Positions 8,861-12,965 of a stretch of DNA of 12,965 nucleotides are shown here, one piece after another. A program made the position numbers and the translations under genes. The notes below the pieces were generated by a model that had not been told where the DNA came from, did not search any database, and was given only the letters and a program-made list of their open reading frames with translations. Location of the stretch: positions 1 through 12,965 of the forward strand of contig JBKHIT010000092.1 in the NCBI GenBank assembly GCA_046538485.1, written 5' to 3'. Position 1 is the stretch's first letter; every line of letters begins with the position of its first letter. The stretch is from Candidatus Brocadiia bacterium. GTDB taxonomy: Bacteria; Planctomycetota; Brocadiia; SM23-32.

Positions 8861-8906
8861 CACCAGACCCCTTCATACTGATTTCCTAATCGCCAGAGAT
8901 GACGCG

Positions 8907-9407
8907 TCATGATTGCTCCTCTTCTATTTCTTCAGCCGGAAAGATGGTTGTCAGGTCAGCTTCAACATCCACCCCATAGCCTGTACATAGCCGCGCCAGG
9001 TGCAGGCCGAAGATGGCTCTCAGTTCACCCAAGGCCTCCCACATACGAGCTTCCTTCGGATAAACCATTCTCCGGTTGCTATCCGGATGGTCCATCCGTT
9101 CCAGAAACTTGCGGCAGGCAGCGCGCATGGCTCGTATGGGAGCTGTAAGATGCTTGTCTTCGGGACAATCTTGGAGAATATCTGTCAGCTCCTGACGCAT
9201 TTCTATAACAGACTTCTCCACCCAAGGGCCATACTCCATGTGACGTTCAGCATATAGCGCCCGCCGGTCTTCAAGAAAGGCAATCAGCCGCCGCACAATG
9301 TCGCGCTTGTTCTCCGGTGGATTCCAACTGACGCCGAAAACAGGGGTACTTATGCCAGTAATTCGTCTGGCAATATCAGCAACTGGTATCTTTGATCGCC
9401 AGGTCAT
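8907..9407 (-). CDS. Hypothetical protein, DUF6650-like (166 aa)
   Basis: ATG at 9407 has a GGAGGA SD and overlaps the upstream stop (ATGA). Motifs RITGISTPVFGVSW, FLEDRRALY, RAMRAACRKFL and ALGELR are recalled from this family. Confidence 0.7.
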   Translation of the reverse strand: MTWRSKIPVADIARRITGISTPVFGVSWNPPENKRDIVRRLIAFLEDRRALYAERHMEYGPWVEKSVIEMRQELTDILQDCPEDKHLTAPIRAMRAACRKFLERMDHPDSNRRMVYPKEARMWEALGELRAIFGLHLARLCTGYGVDVEADLTTIFPAEEIEEEQS

Positions 9408-9991
9408 GGCATCTTCCTCCACGCTATGCGGTAGTTCCACGCATCGACCCATTCGGGGTATGCAACCCACATCTGATCGATAGCCTCTGGCACGTCTGCT
9501 TCGGCAAACATGCGCTCGACATCTTCATCCAACACCAAAGTATCATCCCCTATCAACTGGAGCAGCACAATATGTACCGCTTCCGGGTAGGGACGTAATT
9601 TCTCGGGGACGCTGGTAAGTGTTTTCTGCAGTGCGCCAGCAAAGCCCTGCAATGCCTCCTCCCTCGCTTCAAGACTCAAGTTCTCCGGCAGGATCTCTTC
9701 GTAATAGCCGTTTGGCCCAGTCTTCTCCTTTGCCCTCTGATGCCAGTGGACATGATTCTCGATGTAGTCGCAGGGCCAGACAACGCTTTTCCGCTCAATT
9801 ACCATTTGTCCCCCATCGCTGCCCTCCAAAAGCACTTCCGGCTCTTTTCGGTCGGCATTGCGGACATCAAGACAAACCTCCCGGCGATAGGCTGTTTCCT
9901 TCTCCTCGTTGTAAAGCTCCACGAACTTCCGGATAAAGCGCCACTCGCATCGATCCTGAAGGCGAAAGCGACTATGGCAGTGAAAAATCAC
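9404..9991 (-). CDS. Hypothetical protein, possible divergent PD-(D/E)XK nuclease
   Basis: GTGA overlap with the phosphatase stop and GGAGG SD; ATGA overlap with the next gene. Motif PEVLL-(x8)-VIERK. Confidence 0.6.
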   Translation of the reverse strand: MIFHCHSRFRLQDRCEWRFIRKFVELYNEEKETAYRREVCLDVRNADRKEPEVLLEGSDGGQMVIERKSVVWPCDYIENHVHWHQRAKEKTGPNGYYEEILPENLSLEAREEALQGFAGALQKTLTSVPEKLRPYPEAVHIVLLQLIGDDTLVLDEDVERMFAEADVPEAIDQMWVAYPEWVDAWNYRIAWRKMP

Positions 9992-10497
9992 TGAGCACCT
10001 CCCTCAGCAGTTACGTATTCTTCCCAGTGTTCATCCAAAAAACCTCTTATGCCGTTTTTCGGGCAATATGCTGGGTATACTTCTCTGAAAGCCTCCTCGG
10101 CGGCTTCCAGGGAACAGGAGGGTATAGCGTCCGTGTAAGCGGCAAGATACAGCAAACCGAGAGATGGGGAACGCGATTGACCCAGGTTGCAGTGCACGAG
10201 CACTTGAAATCCAGCGTTGAGTCCCTCACGCGCAAAACTGAGTGCACTGTCGACGATCTCCTTCGGGATATAATCTGGATCATGGGCGTCTACGAAATTC
10301 AAAAAAAGCCTGTTTCCGCGCTCTGCCACGAGGTATTCGGGATGGTCTTTGGGGGCACCGCGACCCTTATAACCCAAAAGCTGCCGGTGGTACGGCTCTT
10401 TACAAGCATGAACAACCCTCCAGCCTTCTTGGCCCTTAACGGTACGCTCATAGTCAATCTCGTTCCCGACGTAAAGTCCCGGATATATCTCTATCAT
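9988..10497 (-). CDS. Dual-specificity/tyrosine phosphatase family protein
   Basis: Catalytic loop [12 protein letters not shown] (HCxxGxSRS), N-terminal EIYPGLYVG, and candidate general-acid Asp in NFVDA. ATGA overlap with the hsdS stop. Confidence 0.88.
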   Translation of the reverse strand: MIEIYPGLYVGNEIDYERTVKGQEGWRVVHACKEPYHRQLLGYKGRGAPKDHPEYLVAERGNRLFLNFVDAHDPDYIPKEIVDSALSFAREGLNAGFQVLVHCNLGQSRSPSLGLLYLAAYTDAIPSCSLEAAEEAFREVYPAYCPKNGIRGFLDEHWEEYVTAEGGAQ

Positions 10498-11843
10498 TGA
10501 ACAATCTCCTCAGACAATCCAACATCGGGAACGCGAACTTTACCCGAGAGCAGGTTCGGAAGCAACGCATCACGGGATTTAGTTAGGGTACGGATCTCCA
10601 GCTCATTATGAATTTGCCGGCCTATTGGCGGAGCGATGGCTTTTCCCATCGTGTTCAGTAGTTCCTCTGATGGAACAAGAACTTTTGCCTCACTCAAATG
10701 TGCACGTTTTATGTGCCCCATAGTGGTGGCCTTATCGGCGGCAATGCGCTGGAATCTTTCAAGATGTTCAACCGTCCAAAGATAGTAGAACCATTTCGGG
10801 AACCTGACCGAAGACACTTTGAAAAGATGCTGATTAAGCACGCCACGCCCACCTGTCCACAGTTTTACGAGGAGACTGCCGGACCATGAAAAAATAACAT
10901 CTCCGTCCTCAATAATGTATTTATCTGGAACATCCAGTGACGCCCGATCTGTGTTGTCAGAAAAACCGTCTCGGAGTTCCCTGATTTTGATCACCGGGAG
11001 AGATTCTTCGTCGCCTTCGGCTCTATACCTCTGCCAGGCAGTCCCATTCAAATAATCCGCAATTTCATCCAGCGCCCTAATTTCCCACCCCACCGGTATC
11101 GGCCCTTGGTCACTCTCCTCAAAAGCAGCTGGAAAATGCTCCGCCATATCATCAGCTACCACTGGATTCCCCGCGTCAAGCGCCTTCCGCCGTGCCGCGG
11201 CGCGATCGCCGAACTCCTCGGGGATGGGATTGCCCGCGCGGACGGCATTGTCGATGACGGGATCGAAATCCACGAACCAGCTTTTGAAAAGAGTCCGAGC
11301 GGTTGATTCCAGGGTTTTGTTCATCCGGCGATTGAGCTCGATCTTGTCGTCGAACGTCCTCAATATTTTAGAAATTTTTTCTTGTTCATCAAGATCTGGT
11401 ACCAGCACCTCAAAATCTGATAACAATCCTTTACTGACGTTTGGAAATGTAGAACCAGTTGCAGCCTTGAGCAATGCGGGCAAATAAAGTTCCAACAATC
11501 CTCGAAGAAAATGATTATATCTGAGCCCTTTTTTATGACGCAGTGCTGCAAGTCCTCGCCCTATTGCGTATTCCCTATCTGCCCAGTTCATCCGGCCTGT
11601 CGACGATCCTCTCACGCAAAACAAGAGATCACCAGGTTCCGCCCGTTTCTTTGGATCGTCTGTGTATTGTTCAGGCTGAGGATGATGTGGGCCAAATTCC
11701 GTAGGGCCATTCAATAGCGGCAATCCAATTTCTTCCTCAGAACACATTTCTCCTTTTGGGGACCGCCCCATTTTGATGTTGGCAATATTTTTGATTTTCA
11801 CCTTTTGTTTTTGCTCTACGATAGATAAATCTCCACGGTGCAA
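10494..11843 (-). CDS. hsdS: Type I restriction-modification specificity subunit S (start uncertain)
   Basis: Two target-recognition domains separated by the conserved PDLDEQEKI...[15 protein letters not shown]...LFKSWFVDF...IPVGWE; C-terminal [15 protein letters not shown]. Confidence 0.95.
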   Translation of the reverse strand: MHRGDLSIVEQKQKVKIKNIANIKMGRSPKGEMCSEEEIGLPLLNGPTEFGPHHPQPEQYTDDPKKRAEPGDLLFCVRGSSTGRMNWADREYAIGRGLAALRHKKGLRYNHFLRGLLELYLPALLKAATGSTFPNVSKGLLSDFEVLVPDLDEQEKISKILRTFDDKIELNRRMNKTLESTARTLFKSWFVDFDPVIDNAVRAGNPIPEEFGDRAAARRKALDAGNPVVADDMAEHFPAAFEESDQGPIPVGWEIRALDEIADYLNGTAWQRYRAEGDEESLPVIKIRELRDGFSDNTDRASLDVPDKYIIEDGDVIFSWSGSLLVKLWTGGRGVLNQHLFKVSSVRFPKWFYYLWTVEHLERFQRIAADKATTMGHIKRAHLSEAKVLVPSEELLNTMGKAIAPPIGRQIHNELEIRTLTKSRDALLPNLLSGKVRVPDVGLSEEIVQ

Positions 11844-11931
11844 TTGCTATTCACTGGTACTCCGACCGATCCCCGGTCCGGGTGTGAGCAGGCAAAACCA
11901 GTACAACGGCATAAAACACACATATCAGATA

Positions 11932-12390
11932 TCAAAAAGTAAGAGTGGTGCGGTAACAGCGTTTTTCCGCGTAGTCGTCGTCCCATTTCAGCTGTATCTG
12001 AAACGGTGGATTGCATCCTAGGTTTATTCCAAGAAGGCACGAGGCCTCGGAGCCAGAGCCCAAAACCTCTGGCAAATTCTCTCCTTGCAGCATGACTTCA
12101 TGTTCCGAGGAATCTATACCGTCAATGAACACGACAATATTGCGTGCTTCCGATTGCCCTTCATTGATAATTGCCATTCGCCATGAGTTTTTATCGGTCT
12201 TTCGTAATTCTGTCCTGAGCGTTGCCTGTTGTGATTTCGCACGTCGAGCATCTGCACGACTTTGTTCAATCTTCAGCAAGCGGGACTGGGTCTTATTTGA
12301 TTTTTGATTAGCTAGCCAACTCAGTATGGTGGCAATGATGGATATTAATACCGAACCTAACGCGATTATAGTCGAAAACTTGACACTCAT
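11932..12390 (-). CDS. Single-pass membrane hypothetical protein
   Basis: Hydrophobic N-terminus (IIALGSVLISIIATILSWLA), a charged helical stalk, then a beta-rich domain (IINEGQSEARNI). Co-oriented with the operon. Confidence 0.7.
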   Translation of the reverse strand: MSVKFSTIIALGSVLISIIATILSWLANQKSNKTQSRLLKIEQSRADARRAKSQQATLRTELRKTDKNSWRMAIINEGQSEARNIVVFIDGIDSSEHEVMLQGENLPEVLGSGSEASCLLGINLGCNPPFQIQLKWDDDYAEKRCYRTTLTF

Positions 12391-12422
12391 TGTTTTTTAT
12401 TACCTGAGTCGCTCAGCATTCT

Positions 12423-12932
12423 CTATAGCTCTTTCAAATCATCGCATTCCCCAGTTAGCTCACCCTCTTGGAAACACTGGACGTCTTCAATGCATCCATT
12501 GTCCACGTCAAACTTCAAAAAAAGGCCCACACGGTAGTCATATTGCTCCCCAGTAAACGCAGCCAATTTTGCTTCATCCTTCTCGTCCCCTATTTCCGAG
12601 GTAGTTTTCTTGATCTCTATGACCAACAGATTGTGCTTGTCGTTACCGCGCTTATGCACAACGATATCCGGGTAGACAGTTTTCGCATCAGTATCGCGCA
12701 CATCACATTTTATATCCCCATAACCGTCATAGAAAAGTTTCTTCGGTTCCTCGACATGACGATTGTATTCACAGTCGACATCCCACGAATTGCCAAACTC
12801 TTTCTGCATGTGTTCAGCGAGTTTGTGTGACAGAGAACGCTCATTCACATCCCGTTCCAACAGGTAGATATCCTCCCGATAAAGGGCCAATAACGCCATC
12901 TTCACTTTTTCATATATCTTTGAGTTTTCCAT
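12423..12932 (-). CDS. Small PD-(D/E)XK-superfamily putative nuclease
   Basis: 169 aa; NERSLSHKLA, VDCEYNR, YPDIVVH...LLVIEIKK and DEAKL give an E...PD...ExK catalytic pattern. Confidence 0.75.
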   Translation of the reverse strand: MENSKIYEKVKMALLALYREDIYLLERDVNERSLSHKLAEHMQKEFGNSWDVDCEYNRHVEEPKKLFYDGYGDIKCDVRDTDAKTVYPDIVVHKRGNDKHNLLVIEIKKTTSEIGDEKDEAKLAAFTGEQYDYRVGLFLKFDVDNGCIEDVQCFQEGELTGECDDLKEL

Positions 12933-12965
12933 TTTTCCAATTAGCTATCGGCCATTCTTTCTCCA

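Noticed and set aside
9408..9470. Extended N-terminus of the DUF6650-like ORF (start 9470)
   Set aside because: It overlaps the upstream gene by 67 nt, whereas ATG 9407 has a strong SD and ATGA coupling.
12933..12965. 3' end of hsdM
   Set aside because: Only 33 nt are visible and no frame gives a recognisable HsdM C-terminus, so it cannot be assigned.

Overview
A minus-strand defence island built on a Type I restriction-modification locus. In transcription order (right to left): a small PD-(D/E)XK-like protein, a single-pass membrane protein, hsdS, five cargo genes, hsdR, a GmrSD-type (DUF262 + HNH-like) nuclease, a 430-aa protein with a proteasome-beta/HslV-like N-terminal-Thr signature, and a tiny basic ORF. 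The five cargo genes are a dual-specificity phosphatase, a divergent PD-(D/E)XK-like protein, a DUF6650-like protein, a DUF3800 RNase H-like protein and a putative BECR-fold RNase. hsdM is not in the window and presumably lies beyond the right edge. The left ~800 bp is non-coding: 7- and 8-mer tandem repeats, three REP-like TGGTCCGACCC copies, an 11-bp direct-repeat array and the 5' end of a further gene. Two candidates for undescribed systems stand out: (1) DUF3800 + BECR-like RNase + a convergently transcribed structured small RNA with its own promoter, between hsdS and hsdR; (2) an Ntn-fold threonine-peptidase-like protein with large insertions and a small partner, at the end of the island. 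All family assignments come from reading motifs by eye; no database searches were run.
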